Assembly: GCA_000431235.1 (NCBI GenBank)
Contig: HF988734.1
Location: 92-64,091, forward strand
Source: Coprobacillus sp. CAG:698
Lineage (GTDB): Bacteria; Bacillota_I; Bacilli_A; ML615J-28; CAG-698
DNA: 64,000 bases
Reading direction: 5' to 3'
In this document: positions 11,001-20,523 of the stretch, one piece after another
Numbering within the stretch: position 1 is the first letter of the stretch
How the letters are laid out: every line of letters starts with the position of its first letter
Notes under the pieces: model-generated
Told to the model about the DNA's origin: nothing
The model's input: only the letters and a program-made list of their open reading frames with translations
Databases searched by the model: none
Made by a program: the position numbers and the translations under genes

Positions 11001-13805
11001 TCTGATATGATTGTCATACCAGAAGATATTAACTGGAAAGATACAACTGAAGAAGGCGAACTAAGAAAAATATTAGTAGCTACCAAAGATGTTTTAGTTG
11101 ATGAAAATGGTGAAGTTATCATTAATGATCTAAAAACAGGTGATGAAAAACAAATAATAAAAGTTTTATTAAAGATTAATGATGAAAAGATAGATCAAGT
11201 TTTAGATAGTAAAATAATCTTAAAAACAGCAGTTAAGTTTATTGAAAAGTATAGTAAAGAAGAAAATAAATTACAAATCTTCTTACAAAACAAAACTAGA
11301 GACGATGCATATTGGCAAAGTCAAATGAAGACAGTGCTAAAAGGATTAAAAGACATACTACTTGATAGTGAAGGCAATGTAATTAGTTTTGAATTGCAAG
11401 GAGAAGAATACATTGAAATCATTAGTAAACTAAAAGAAGAAAGCATAAATAAACTTTTAGATAGTGAAATACTTGTTGATACAATTGCTCATTTAATCAT
11501 TAATATGGCAGACCAAGAAAATAGTCTATTTGTTGTCCGTAATGACTTTAGAGAAACTGATGAAAAATGGAGCAGTACGCAAACAGATATCTGGAGAAAT
11601 GAAATTAATAAAATAATCACTTCAGCAAAATCATTGTTGATTAAAGAGAATCCAGATGGAACATATACTAATAATTTTAAAGTGTTTACAGAAGGAACAG
11701 CAGAAGAACAAATTAATCTTTTACTTGATGTTAAAGATGAAGATATTATCAAGATTACTGACAGTGTAATCATTGTTGATTCAATAAGTAAAGTTCTTAT
11801 AGACATGTCAAATGAAGAAAATGCTGTTATAAAAATATCTGATGAAGTAAAAGGATATGATATACAAAGTTGGAAAGTAGAAATTCAAAAATTAATCGCA
11901 TCGATTAAAGAGTTACTAATTGATGAAAATGGTGAAAAACAAACTGCCAAACTATTAAACGGAAATCAAGATGATATTATCATGATTTTAGTTAACATTG
12001 GCGAAGATGAAAGCAAGATAAGAAAAATTATTGATAGTGAAATAGTTTACCAAACATTAACAAGTTCTGTAAAAGAATTAGGTGAAGGCGAAGAAAAAGT
12101 AATTTATTTACCAAGTGATATTGATTCTTGGACTAAAGATGATTGGATAAATGAAGTTAAAGGCATAATTTATGCTTCAAATAAATTATTTATCGAAGGC
12201 GAAGGCGAACAAAAGAAAGTAAACTTTGATAAACTAAATGGTGATACTAACACTTTACTTCAAACTATTGTAGATTTATATGATGACACAAATGAAAACG
12301 ATGATTTATCAAAAGTATTACAAAGCTTAATAATTGTTAAGACAATCTCAGAACAAATAATCAAATTGTCAAAAGAAAATGACATGATTAATACAAACGG
12401 AGTTATAAGCTACTCTCTTGATGAGTGGAAAGTAGAGATTAGAGCTCTAGTGGCTTCTTCAAAACTTGTGTTTGCTGATGAGACAGGAAAGATAGATATA
12501 AATAATATATCTTTTGATAAATTTATTGTTCTAAATGACAAGCAAATTGAAACATTATTAGATTCACAAATAATTCGTTATAGTGCTTCGAAAAAAACAT
12601 ATGAAATACTAAACGATGGTGCTTTAAAAGATTATATTAATTTAAGTGGTAATGAATCAGAAGATGTTGATTTAGTAAGTAGTGATTTACCTAACCTATT
12701 AAAAGTAATCAGAGATTTAAATGAAAAAGGTATAAATTATACTGAATTTACTTTTGATAAGTTCAAGGAGAAAATAGGTGATGATGAAACTAAAGCAGAT
12801 GAAATAAGTGACATCTTACTTACTTCACAAATAATTTGTAATTCATTAAGCAAAATGATAGGTAAAGTATTAGATGGCGCCTTAGGCGTAGATTCTGATA
12901 TGAGAAAAGCAGTTAATTTAGATATGGATAAAACTGAAACTGAAGGTAGAAATTACTGGTTAGATAATCCAGAAACTAAAGAAATAGGTGAATTTAAAAA
13001 GATATTTAGATTATTAACATGCATAGATCAGTTTACTAATGTTAATAATATAGAGAATAATAAAAACATAAAAGAAGCTAGTCTTATTGCTACACCATTA
13101 AAACGTATTAATGATTCTATGGTTTTACGTGGTATTATTCCTATGTTTGTTGAGGAAACAACTGCTAATGTGGATGCGTGGAAATATAGTTCTGGCGATA
13201 ATATGTATAAGGATCCATACGTATTTACTAAAGAAGAATGGGATCAAGAAATAGATAACATTAGTACAATAATTTCTTTAGTAAATGCTAATAGTCTTAC
13301 ATTAGGTGGTATTAATGTAAAAGAAACTGATCTTAAAGTATTAAAAATGATACTCAAAGAAGTTGCCAAATCAAGAATTTTAAATATCGCATGCATTGAA
13401 AAAACTGTTAAAGAAGGCGTTGACAATACATTCTTTGGTGGAAAAGATACAGTTACTGTTGCTAAAGTTTATGATGGCACAAATTATGATGAGAAAGTTT
13501 TAGCTTGGAATGGAAACGAAGAAAATCTAGGTGAAATCGATAAACTTATTAATGCACTAGAAGTCTTAAAGACTATTACATCTACAGAAATAAATGGAAC
13601 TGCTGCTGGACAAGCTAATGCTAAAGTTATAGGAAGATTCTTAGATAAGTGTAAAGAATCTAAAATGTTATGTAGTGTGATAGTTACTATTGTTAATGAG
13701 AAATATAAAGATTCTTTAAGTAAAATAGGTATAACTGTAACTGAAAGTTCACTTCAAGGAATTAACTTTGAAACATCATTACCTTTAGCTGCATTATTTA
13801 TGTAA
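8061..13805 (+). CDS. Giant 1914-aa protein. The N-terminal 230 aa form a polytopic CvpA-like membrane domain, followed by about 1700 aa of highly acidic, degenerate tandem repeats of roughly 90-100 aa.
   Basis: N-terminus LIGFLIGFIRGTYRASYRF with several TM helices. The repeat unit recurs at least 6 times as W..E(I/V)..L(I/V)AS.K.LLIDENGE...LLDS(E/K)I(I/V). Strong RBS AAGGGGGAG. The antisense ORFs inside it are artefacts. Confidence 0.7.
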   Translation: MDSINMPTWLTPSFVATGLTILSIVVILIGFLIGFIRGTYRASYRFIVSIVVILGLWLIMPIFTNKLLSLDLHKFNLEIINVTGYKSVEGFQVNSVKDAVDIYSRVLLGLTTENEGVLILKETNINIGETMIYQTLISAVEMLLRAALLLVIIILNWTLFRFIFFIVYLCTKPKRENKYQKKKTMKSRLIGSLIGTVNMICILLIVCIPLSGVFSLAESSVKLIETEESDVIKLSLNKEVIDLDENPDFVEFANENKEWVYVYRKTFLGKIFGIKVSKDTPLDCALFDGIFSFKAGGEKIALRKELDVCLKAMEPLKDEIIIPLIKNENTATILDNLSSDTIKNSLDKLSELKLVNAVVNVGLNTGIIIAKNDGEIFKEYVNLKDILLRLEGKEINASELLREIGDLSEAILTLTKSSGYKISELLSEDNGNTVSKLVDILLKVDTNVVTNVFDAISKIELIDLIQEITFPTLEDYLNNNENLNRIILLYPKVTLDENYLVINGIKTNILWDKDTLENISFKVSKDNKWIVDGKETNLDASGSIFKIKLDGIKLTDEVKNIGSLYKAFKDLDINSFSQIQLLIEKGQVEGSYDLEKATYDKIDNLFKSLLDFKIISNCKDNIYAILNNMLPNEYRNLLSRCKFDSEDLASLVYAGKVVASTGVIWDIDGKLKTDGNIDYTKVYTIFNSIKDELSENLAKSSIIVENINTVASYALSVFAPDMKLDFASVDWKNNSKEELNKLFNVLNVCLKHGNKITSDFYSLTDEEIDEIANVLKENIATSDLLKKNMNNIVSVVSNLESLKELNATIAPLDEDEWTTEELDSIFDSVKIIVKMVKASSGDQNNLLVTLLKLNENDINTILDSKFISLNIVYNLCAQASEGGLLYEKVIINLDRDDPSWYGDEGELKTILSNAIKLIDGVDNLENTDEAVEKIVKNISKLNSNFKKENDDIGKLLSSSVISDTLIYYLENLDKFLGKEISDMIVIPEDINWKDTTEEGELRKILVATKDVLVDENGEVIINDLKTGDEKQIIKVLLKINDEKIDQVLDSKIILKTAVKFIEKYSKEENKLQIFLQNKTRDDAYWQSQMKTVLKGLKDILLDSEGNVISFELQGEEYIEIISKLKEESINKLLDSEILVDTIAHLIINMADQENSLFVVRNDFRETDEKWSSTQTDIWRNEINKIITSAKSLLIKENPDGTYTNNFKVFTEGTAEEQINLLLDVKDEDIIKITDSVIIVDSISKVLIDMSNEENAVIKISDEVKGYDIQSWKVEIQKLIASIKELLIDENGEKQTAKLLNGNQDDIIMILVNIGEDESKIRKIIDSEIVYQTLTSSVKELGEGEEKVIYLPSDIDSWTKDDWINEVKGIIYASNKLFIEGEGEQKKVNFDKLNGDTNTLLQTIVDLYDDTNENDDLSKVLQSLIIVKTISEQIIKLSKENDMINTNGVISYSLDEWKVEIRALVASSKLVFADETGKIDINNISFDKFIVLNDKQIETLLDSQIIRYSASKKTYEILNDGALKDYINLSGNESEDVDLVSSDLPNLLKVIRDLNEKGINYTEFTFDKFKEKIGDDETKADEISDILLTSQIICNSLSKMIGKVLDGALGVDSDMRKAVNLDMDKTETEGRNYWLDNPETKEIGEFKKIFRLLTCIDQFTNVNNIENNKNIKEASLIATPLKRINDSMVLRGIIPMFVEETTANVDAWKYSSGDNMYKDPYVFTKEEWDQEIDNISTIISLVNANSLTLGGINVKETDLKVLKMILKEVAKSRILNIACIEKTVKEGVDNTFFGGKDTVTVAKVYDGTNYDEKVLAWNGNEENLGEIDKLINALEVLKTITSTEINGTAAGQANAKVIGRFLDKCKESKMLCSVIVTIVNEKYKDSLSKIGITVTESSLQGINFETSLPLAALFM

Positions 13806-13813
13806 AAGAAAAT

Positions 13814-13860
13814 ACTCTTGTTTTAGTACAATTAATGTACGAAAGCAAGAGTTTTTTAAT
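13814..13860 (+). terminator. Terminator after the giant gene.
   Basis: ACTCTTG...CAAGAGT with an inner GTAC/GTAC stem, then TTTTTAAT. Confidence 0.45.
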
Positions 13861-13966
13861 TATTTTTAAAATTCATAAGATATAATATATGACGTATAAA
13901 AATAAAGTAATGGACTTATAAGCAAAATTATGATAAAATATATCATACTTTGAAAGGAGACCAAAA

Positions 13967-14785
13967 ATGAGTGATGAAAATAAAGCAATAGTTTTTGATG
14001 AAGTGGTATTTAAATATAGCAAAAACAATACTATTCTAAATAAAGTCTCTTTTGTTGTTGAAAAAGGTGAATATTGTGTACTACTTGGTCATAATGGTAG
14101 TGGGAAAAGTACGCTAGCCAAACTAATAATAGGATTATTAGAGCATCAATCAGGCAAAATCGAAGTTAATGGTTTAGAATTAAACGAAAAAAATATAAAT
14201 GAAATTAGAAAAAATGTTGGAATTGTCTTTCAAAATCCCGATAATCAATTTGTTGGAGTAACAGTAAAAGATGATATAGCCTTTGGCATGGAAAATAGGC
14301 AAATAGAATATAAAGAAATGGAGAAAAGAATTGATTATTATTCTAAGCTTGTTGGAATGAACGAATTCTTAGATCGAAATCCTGAAAGTTTAAGTGGAGG
14401 TCAAAAACAAAGAGTGGCTATCAGTAGTGTATTAGCTTTTGAACCAGAAATAATAATTCTTGACGAAGCAACTTCAATGCTAGATCCTCTAGGAGTGAAA
14501 GAAGTTAATGATACAATTAAATCATTAATTGGTAAAAAAACAATACTAGCAATAACACACAATCTAAACGAAGCAATTTATGCTGATAGAGTTATTGTTT
14601 TAAACAATGGTGAAATTACTTTAAATGGAACTCCATTTGAAGTGTTTAAAGAAAAAGAAAAATTAAAAGAAGCTAATCTTGATATTACTGATTCAATGAA
14701 ATTATTAGAATTAATTGAAAAAAGTAATATTAAAGACAAGGAGAAGTTAAGGAGTATATTATGGGAATTAACTTTTCAAAAGTAA
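13967..14785 (+). CDS. ecfA1: Energy-coupling factor transporter ATPase subunit A1.
   Basis: Walker A GHNGSGKST, ABC signature LSGGQKQR, Walker B ILDE. Confidence 0.9.
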   Translation: MSDENKAIVFDEVVFKYSKNNTILNKVSFVVEKGEYCVLLGHNGSGKSTLAKLIIGLLEHQSGKIEVNGLELNEKNINEIRKNVGIVFQNPDNQFVGVTVKDDIAFGMENRQIEYKEMEKRIDYYSKLVGMNEFLDRNPESLSGGQKQRVAISSVLAFEPEIIILDEATSMLDPLGVKEVNDTIKSLIGKKTILAITHNLNEAIYADRVIVLNNGEITLNGTPFEVFKEKEKLKEANLDITDSMKLLELIEKSNIKDKEKLRSILWELTFQK

Positions 14786-15615
14786 ATTATACGTACGCAC
14801 CACAAAAGAAAAAAGTTAAAAACAAATATATTTTAGAAGATATAAATCTAACAATTTCAGAAAAAAACGAATTCATAACTATTGTTGGACACACAGGCAG
14901 TGGTAAAAGTACATTAGTACAAATGATGAATGCTCTTTTAGTTCCAACAACAGGTAGTGTAACAGTTTTTGGAAATGAAATTACCTATAAAAAACAAAAA
15001 AACTTAAAGAGGTTAAGAAAAAACGTTGGACTTGTATTTCAATTTCCAGAATATCAATTATTTGAAGAAACAGTTCTAAAAGATGTTTGTTTTGGACCTA
15101 AAAACTATAAACTTGAAAATCCAGTTGCTAAAGCTAAAGAAGCACTTACAAGCGTTAAAATTTATGAAGATAAATACGAAAAGAGCCCCTTTAGATTATC
15201 AGGTGGAGAAAAGCGTAAAGTAGCCATTGCTGGAATATTAGCAAGTGAGCCTAATGTGTTAATTCTTGATGAACCTACTGTTGGCTTAGATCCACAAACA
15301 AAGAAAGAATTACTTTTGTTATTAAAAGAAATAAACAAAGAAAAAACAATAATTATTATAACTCATGATATGAATGCTCTGTGGGAAGTATCTACACGTG
15401 TGATAGTTTTAGATGACAAAAAAATAGTTTATGATGGCGATAAATACACATTATTTAAAAACGAAGAACTTGTGCGAAAACATTCTTTAGATTATCCTGA
15501 TATAATCAAGATAATGAATACTATTAAAGAAAAAACAGGAAAGGACATGGACGTTTATAAAGAGAACATTGATGATGCCTTTGATGAACTTCTAAAGGTG
15601 TTTGGAAATGAATAA
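14761..15615 (+). CDS. ecfA2: Energy-coupling factor transporter ATPase subunit A2.
   Basis: GHTGSGKST, LSGGEKRKV, LILDEPT. Overlaps ecfA1 by 25 nt. Confidence 0.9.
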   Translation: MGINFSKVNYTYAPQKKKVKNKYILEDINLTISEKNEFITIVGHTGSGKSTLVQMMNALLVPTTGSVTVFGNEITYKKQKNLKRLRKNVGLVFQFPEYQLFEETVLKDVCFGPKNYKLENPVAKAKEALTSVKIYEDKYEKSPFRLSGGEKRKVAIAGILASEPNVLILDEPTVGLDPQTKKELLLLLKEINKEKTIIIITHDMNALWEVSTRVIVLDDKKIVYDGDKYTLFKNEELVRKHSLDYPDIIKIMNTIKEKTGKDMDVYKENIDDAFDELLKVFGNE

Positions 15616-16567
15616 TAAAATAATCTTTGGACAATACTATAATACCAATTCTTGGATTCATAAATTAGATCCACGAAGCAAAATAATTGCCGTATTATTA
15701 TTCATGATATCTGTTTTCTTTGTTGATAGTTTGTATGCTCTATTAGGAATATTTTTAGGATTAATTATTATCGTAATTAGTTCTAAAATACCTGCTTTAA
15801 AGTTTTTAGGAAGCATTAAAGCAGTTTCTTATCTTTTACTTTTCGCATTTGTTTGTCAAGTGTTATTTAGAAAAACGGGAGAAGTATTGACTGAATTTAA
15901 ATTTACTTTAACATATATTAATCTAGCAATAGGAATTGTTTTACTTCTTCTATACTTTCTTTCAGGAAAAGTAATAAAGAAATTTCGATTCTTATTATTT
16001 GTATTAACGCTTTTTGTGTGCTTCTTTATCCAAATCTATTTTAAAGTAGGCACAAAAATAACAGACTATGAAATTGTAATTTATAAAGATAGTCTAATAT
16101 CATCAAGTTTTATTATTTTGAGAATTATTATGATTTTGCTTATGTCATCATTAATGACATTAACAACAAAACCTACAGACTTAAATAATGGTTTAGAAAA
16201 ACTATTGAAGTTTTTGAAAGTATTTAGAATTAATCCAGCTGTTATTGCAATGATTATGTCAATAGCACTTCGAGAAATACCAAAACTAATAGGCGAAGCT
16301 GATAAAGTTTTGAAAGCTCAAGCTTCACGTGGAGTGGACTTTAAAGAAGCTAAGTTAAAAGATAAAATAGGTCAAATTGTTTCCTTAATAGTGCCAATGT
16401 TTATTATATCTTATCAAATTGCTGATGATTTATCAGATGCAATGGAAGCTAGAGGATATGATCCTGATGCGAAAAGAACTACAATCAATATCTTAAAAAT
16501 GCGTGCAATTGATTATATATGCATTGGTCTAATGACTATTATGCTAGTCGTAACAATTGTTATTTAG
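15602..16567 (+). CDS. ecfT: Energy-coupling factor transporter transmembrane subunit T.
   Basis: Multi-TM protein in the canonical position after ecfA1A2. Conserved C-terminal ARG motif (AMEARGYD). Confidence 0.85.
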   Translation: MEMNNKIIFGQYYNTNSWIHKLDPRSKIIAVLLFMISVFFVDSLYALLGIFLGLIIIVISSKIPALKFLGSIKAVSYLLLFAFVCQVLFRKTGEVLTEFKFTLTYINLAIGIVLLLLYFLSGKVIKKFRFLLFVLTLFVCFFIQIYFKVGTKITDYEIVIYKDSLISSSFIILRIIMILLMSSLMTLTTKPTDLNNGLEKLLKFLKVFRINPAVIAMIMSIALREIPKLIGEADKVLKAQASRGVDFKEAKLKDKIGQIVSLIVPMFIISYQIADDLSDAMEARGYDPDAKRTTINILKMRAIDYICIGLMTIMLVVTIVI

Positions 16568-16575
16568 GTGATGAA

Positions 16576-17307
16576 ATGAGATACAAATGTATAGTTAGTT
16601 ATGATGGAACGTGCTTTCATGGATTTCAAGTACAACCTAACCTACGTACAGTTCAAGAAGAAATTGAAAAAGTATTACAAATAATATGTAAAAAGAAAAT
16701 TACGATCTTTCCTTCGGGAAGAACTGATACAGGCGTTCATGCGATAGGTCAAGTATTTCACTTTGATACAGAAATAGATATGGGTGAATGGAACATGAAA
16801 AATGCGATAAACTCGCGCCTTCCTCGCGATATTTATATTAAAGAAGTATCAAAAGTTTCACTAGATTTCCATGCTCGTTTTTCTTCGAAAAGAAAAGAGT
16901 ATCACTACATAATAGGATTGGATGAATATAATCCTTTACGAAAGAATTATGTATATTATCCACCTTTTAAGAATTTTGATATTGATAAAATGAAAGATGC
17001 AAGTAGTATTTTTGTTGGTGAGCATGACTTTAAGTCATTTACAAAAAATCATAAGATTGAAAATACAGTAAGAACAATATATTCAATAAATTTTGAAAAA
17101 ACTGAAGATATACTTATAATTAAATTTATTGGTAATGGTTTCTTACACAACATGGTTAGAATTTTAGTTGCAATGCTTTTTATGGTTGGAATTGGTAAAT
17201 TGTCGAAAGATGATTTAAAATCGATTCTAGACAAAAAAAACAGGGTATATGCCCCTAAAATTGCTCCAAGTAATGGATTATATTTATATGAAGTAAAATA
17301 CGAATAA
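16576..17307 (+). CDS. truA: tRNA pseudouridine(38-40) synthase.
   Basis: MRYKCIVSYDGT..FHGFQ...GRTDTGVHA with the catalytic Asp context. Start corrected to the ATG preceded by AGGTGA. Confidence 0.9.
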   Translation: MRYKCIVSYDGTCFHGFQVQPNLRTVQEEIEKVLQIICKKKITIFPSGRTDTGVHAIGQVFHFDTEIDMGEWNMKNAINSRLPRDIYIKEVSKVSLDFHARFSSKRKEYHYIIGLDEYNPLRKNYVYYPPFKNFDIDKMKDASSIFVGEHDFKSFTKNHKIENTVRTIYSINFEKTEDILIIKFIGNGFLHNMVRILVAMLFMVGIGKLSKDDLKSILDKKNRVYAPKIAPSNGLYLYEVKYE

Positions 17308-17321
17308 AAACGGAGGTAAAA

Positions 17322-20300
17322 ATGAAAAAGATTATTAATATATTAGTATTAGTATTTATAATGCTTTTAACTTTTGGATGTGATAAAAGTAAAGACATTA
17401 AAATACTTCTTGAAAGCGAAGAAATTGAAATCAAAGTAAATCAAGAAGTTGACTTTAAGAAATATTTTGAAGTATATGTTGCTAATAGTAAAGTAGTTGT
17501 TGTTGATGAATATCTAACAAGTAATGTTGATATAACTAAACCTGGAGATTATGAAGTTACTTTAACATTTGAAAATGTATCAAAAACACTAAAAGTTAAA
17601 GTTATTAACAAACAAATTGAAATACTTTTATCAGAAGATGAAATAAATGTTTATGTAAATTCAAACTTTGATTACAAGAAATATTTTAAAGTTTTAATAG
17701 ATGAACAAGAAGTAAATCTAGAAAATGATAAAAATGTTCACTTTGAAAGTAATGTTGATATAACTAAACCTGGAGATTATGAAGTTACTTTAACATTTGA
17801 AAATGTATCCAAAACACTAAAGGTTAAAGTTATCGAAGAAGAAAAATATCTTGAAATAACAGATAGTATTAAAGTACTAAATCCTGGTGATGAACATAAA
17901 CTAGAATATAAAACAAATGAAGAAAATGTAGAATTTAGTTCAAATAACGAAAAAGTTGCTACAGTTACAAGTGAAGGTGTTGTTAAGGCTTTAGAAATTG
18001 GAACTGTAACTATTACAATAACAGGAAGTGGTTCAAGCTCATCAATTACAATTGAAGTAAAAGACGTTGAAAAAGTTGATTTATCAAAAGCATTTAATAA
18101 ACTTGTTGATAAGAAAAAATGGAACTTTAAACTTATTTTTACAACATTAATTGAAGAAGTAAGTCAAGTTATTAGTGACCAATATTCTTATGATGGTGAA
18201 AATATAATTTATACATATGAATATGATGGATATAATTATGTTGATTACTTAATAACAGATAATGGTGTTAAATATTATTATACTAGCGAAGAAGCTAAAT
18301 ATGTAAAATATGCTGAAGGAACAAGTAACTATAAATTATTAAGCCAATACATCACCGACATTGACTTTTCTAAACTTCTTACTTATTCAGTAATAAAGAA
18401 AGGTGATGTGTATTATTTTGAAAATCCAAAAACAGTAAATGACGAAATCTTAGGTGAATATGAGTCTAATTATACTGTGGAAAGTGTTGCTATAGAACTT
18501 AATAATGATTATGTTTCCAAAATGACTTTCACTTGTAAAGTATTTGACGAAGGAACAAATAAATATTATACATATATTGATACAATTGAAATATATGATT
18601 ATGATAAAGTTACTATTGATATTGAAAAAGTCAAAAAACTAGTTCAAGAAGAAGTAATCGTAACAGAAGGAAAAAAATCAGTATTTCTAGATCAAGACCT
18701 AAAAGTATCTAGTTCTAGTCCTGAATATACAGCAGATAAACTTGCTAATTCTTATGATAATATTCGTGGAGTGCAATTCTTACAAAATGTAGGAAATGTA
18801 AAAATCACATCTAAAAAATCATATGAGGATGTAAAGAGTATTACACTTGTTCTCGCTACAAATCAAGAATTAGGTGCTAAAGTTAAAGTCAAGGTTGGTT
18901 CAGTATATTTAAAATGTAATGGCCAAGAAGAAGTTACAATCTCAAAAACTAATTTTAATGAAACGGTTACAGTAACATTTACGGCAAATGATTTACTAGA
19001 TGGTGTTATTGAAGTAGAGTTGATACCTACTTCCACAAAAAAATCTATCTATATCAAATCAATAGCATTTGCAAGTACCGGAAGCGGAAGTGAAGCAAAT
19101 GAATACATGGAAAAACAAAACTATGATTCAAAAACATTTAATCATAACACTTTACAAGATTATATCAAAGAAAGTGATGATTCTATAGGCTTACCTAGTG
19201 AAGGAAACATCAATGTTTTAGTAGTTCCTGTACAATTTAAGGAATATAAAAAATATACAAACGAACAATTACAAAATTTAAATAAAGCTTTTAACGGAAC
19301 AGTAGAAGATACTGGATGGCAAAGCGTAAAAACATATTATCAAACATCATCTTTTGGAAAATTAAATATGACATTTGATATCGTAGATCCAGTAGATTTA
19401 TCAAATTCAGTTAGTTATTATGAAAAATATTCTAAACAAGTAATTTGGGATGATGGAACGCAAGATACAAAAGATGGGTCAATGCTAATACTAGAAGAAG
19501 TATTGGGTAAGTTAGATCCAGAAATGGATTTAACAAAATATGATAATGACAACGATAAAGTCATTGATGGAGTATATTTAATATACAATAATGAAGTAGA
19601 TTATGATGGCGATTTCTACTGGGCTTATGTTTCATGGTATTCACAACCTGATGAAAAGACATATGATGGATTATCAGCATATTATTATTTATTTGCAAGT
19701 TATTATTTTGTTGATGAAGATACAGAAACAGGCTATAAATATGAAGGCATTATAAAAGGATTAAAACTTAACTCAACAACTTTTATTCATGAAACTGGCC
19801 ATATGCTTTCAATGGATGACTATTACGATTATAACAAAGGTGAAGGTAGTGATAGAGGTCTAGGTGGTGCAGCAATGATGGATAATGCTTATGGTGACCA
19901 TGATTCGTACACAAAAACAATAATGGGATGGGTAACACCAACAATTATTACAGAAACTAAAACAATAACTATCAAAGACTTTGAATCAAGTGGTGATGTA
20001 ATTTTAGTACCATTAAAATTTAATAACTCATATATGTCAGAATATCTATTAATAGATTTATATACAAATACTGGTTTAAATAAACTTCATGGCGATATGA
20101 CTTATCTATATGGTTTATGTCAATATGGAGTTAGAATATATCATATTTCCTCTGATATTGAAAAACCATATAATGATAGTTATGGATCATTCACAACAAA
20201 CAACAATTCAATGTCTGAATATGCTTTAATAAAATTAATTGAAGCTGATGGCGATACAAACTTTGAATCAAGTGAAGGATATGCATCATCAACAGACCTT

Positions 20301-20435
20301 TGGCTTGCTAATACGTCATTACAAGATGTATTTCCTAAGTATACTAGAAATGATGGAAAACTAATTAATTTTAATATTAAAATTAATAGTGTAAACATAA
20401 ATGAAGCTAGTATTACAATTGAATATATGAATTAG
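17322..20435 (+). CDS. Secreted lipoprotein zinc metalloprotease (HExxH; M6/immune-inhibitor-A-like) with N-terminal tandem Ig-like (Big_2-type) domains.
   Basis: Lipobox LTFGC. HETGHMLSMDDYYDY motif. Big_2-like VATVTSEGVVKALEIGTVTITI. Confidence 0.6.
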   Translation: MKKIINILVLVFIMLLTFGCDKSKDIKILLESEEIEIKVNQEVDFKKYFEVYVANSKVVVVDEYLTSNVDITKPGDYEVTLTFENVSKTLKVKVINKQIEILLSEDEINVYVNSNFDYKKYFKVLIDEQEVNLENDKNVHFESNVDITKPGDYEVTLTFENVSKTLKVKVIEEEKYLEITDSIKVLNPGDEHKLEYKTNEENVEFSSNNEKVATVTSEGVVKALEIGTVTITITGSGSSSSITIEVKDVEKVDLSKAFNKLVDKKKWNFKLIFTTLIEEVSQVISDQYSYDGENIIYTYEYDGYNYVDYLITDNGVKYYYTSEEAKYVKYAEGTSNYKLLSQYITDIDFSKLLTYSVIKKGDVYYFENPKTVNDEILGEYESNYTVESVAIELNNDYVSKMTFTCKVFDEGTNKYYTYIDTIEIYDYDKVTIDIEKVKKLVQEEVIVTEGKKSVFLDQDLKVSSSSPEYTADKLANSYDNIRGVQFLQNVGNVKITSKKSYEDVKSITLVLATNQELGAKVKVKVGSVYLKCNGQEEVTISKTNFNETVTVTFTANDLLDGVIEVELIPTSTKKSIYIKSIAFASTGSGSEANEYMEKQNYDSKTFNHNTLQDYIKESDDSIGLPSEGNINVLVVPVQFKEYKKYTNEQLQNLNKAFNGTVEDTGWQSVKTYYQTSSFGKLNMTFDIVDPVDLSNSVSYYEKYSKQVIWDDGTQDTKDGSMLILEEVLGKLDPEMDLTKYDNDNDKVIDGVYLIYNNEVDYDGDFYWAYVSWYSQPDEKTYDGLSAYYYLFASYYFVDEDTETGYKYEGIIKGLKLNSTTFIHETGHMLSMDDYYDYNKGEGSDRGLGGAAMMDNAYGDHDSYTKTIMGWVTPTIITETKTITIKDFESSGDVILVPLKFNNSYMSEYLLIDLYTNTGLNKLHGDMTYLYGLCQYGVRIYHISSDIEKPYNDSYGSFTTNNNSMSEYALIKLIEADGDTNFESSEGYASSTDLWLANTSLQDVFPKYTRNDGKLINFNIKINSVNINEASITIEYMN
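17520..17852 (+). repeat. Two near-identical 86-nt direct repeats (3 mismatches), 247 nt apart, inside the protease gene. This looks like a recent duplication of a 77-aa domain.
   Basis: The string AGTAATGTTGATATAACTAAACCTGGAGATTATGAAGTTACTTTAACATTTGAAAATGTATC... occurs at 17520-17605 and 17767-17852. Confidence 0.85.
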
Positions 20436-20523
20436 GACTTTTATTGTCCTTTTTCTTTTGCATTTGACAACAATTATACATAATAGTATAATACACATAA
20501 ATTAATGTTAAAGAGGTTTGATT

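Noticed and set aside
8846-13426. Multiple 60-193-aa minus-strand ORFs inside the giant gene (8846-9427, 9554-9757, 9833-10090, 10715-10897, 11489-11806, 13244-13426).
   Set aside because: All lie antisense to a continuous 5.7-kb + strand ORF with a strong RBS. Their Ser/Phe/Leu-rich composition is typical of antisense frames of AT-rich acidic genes.
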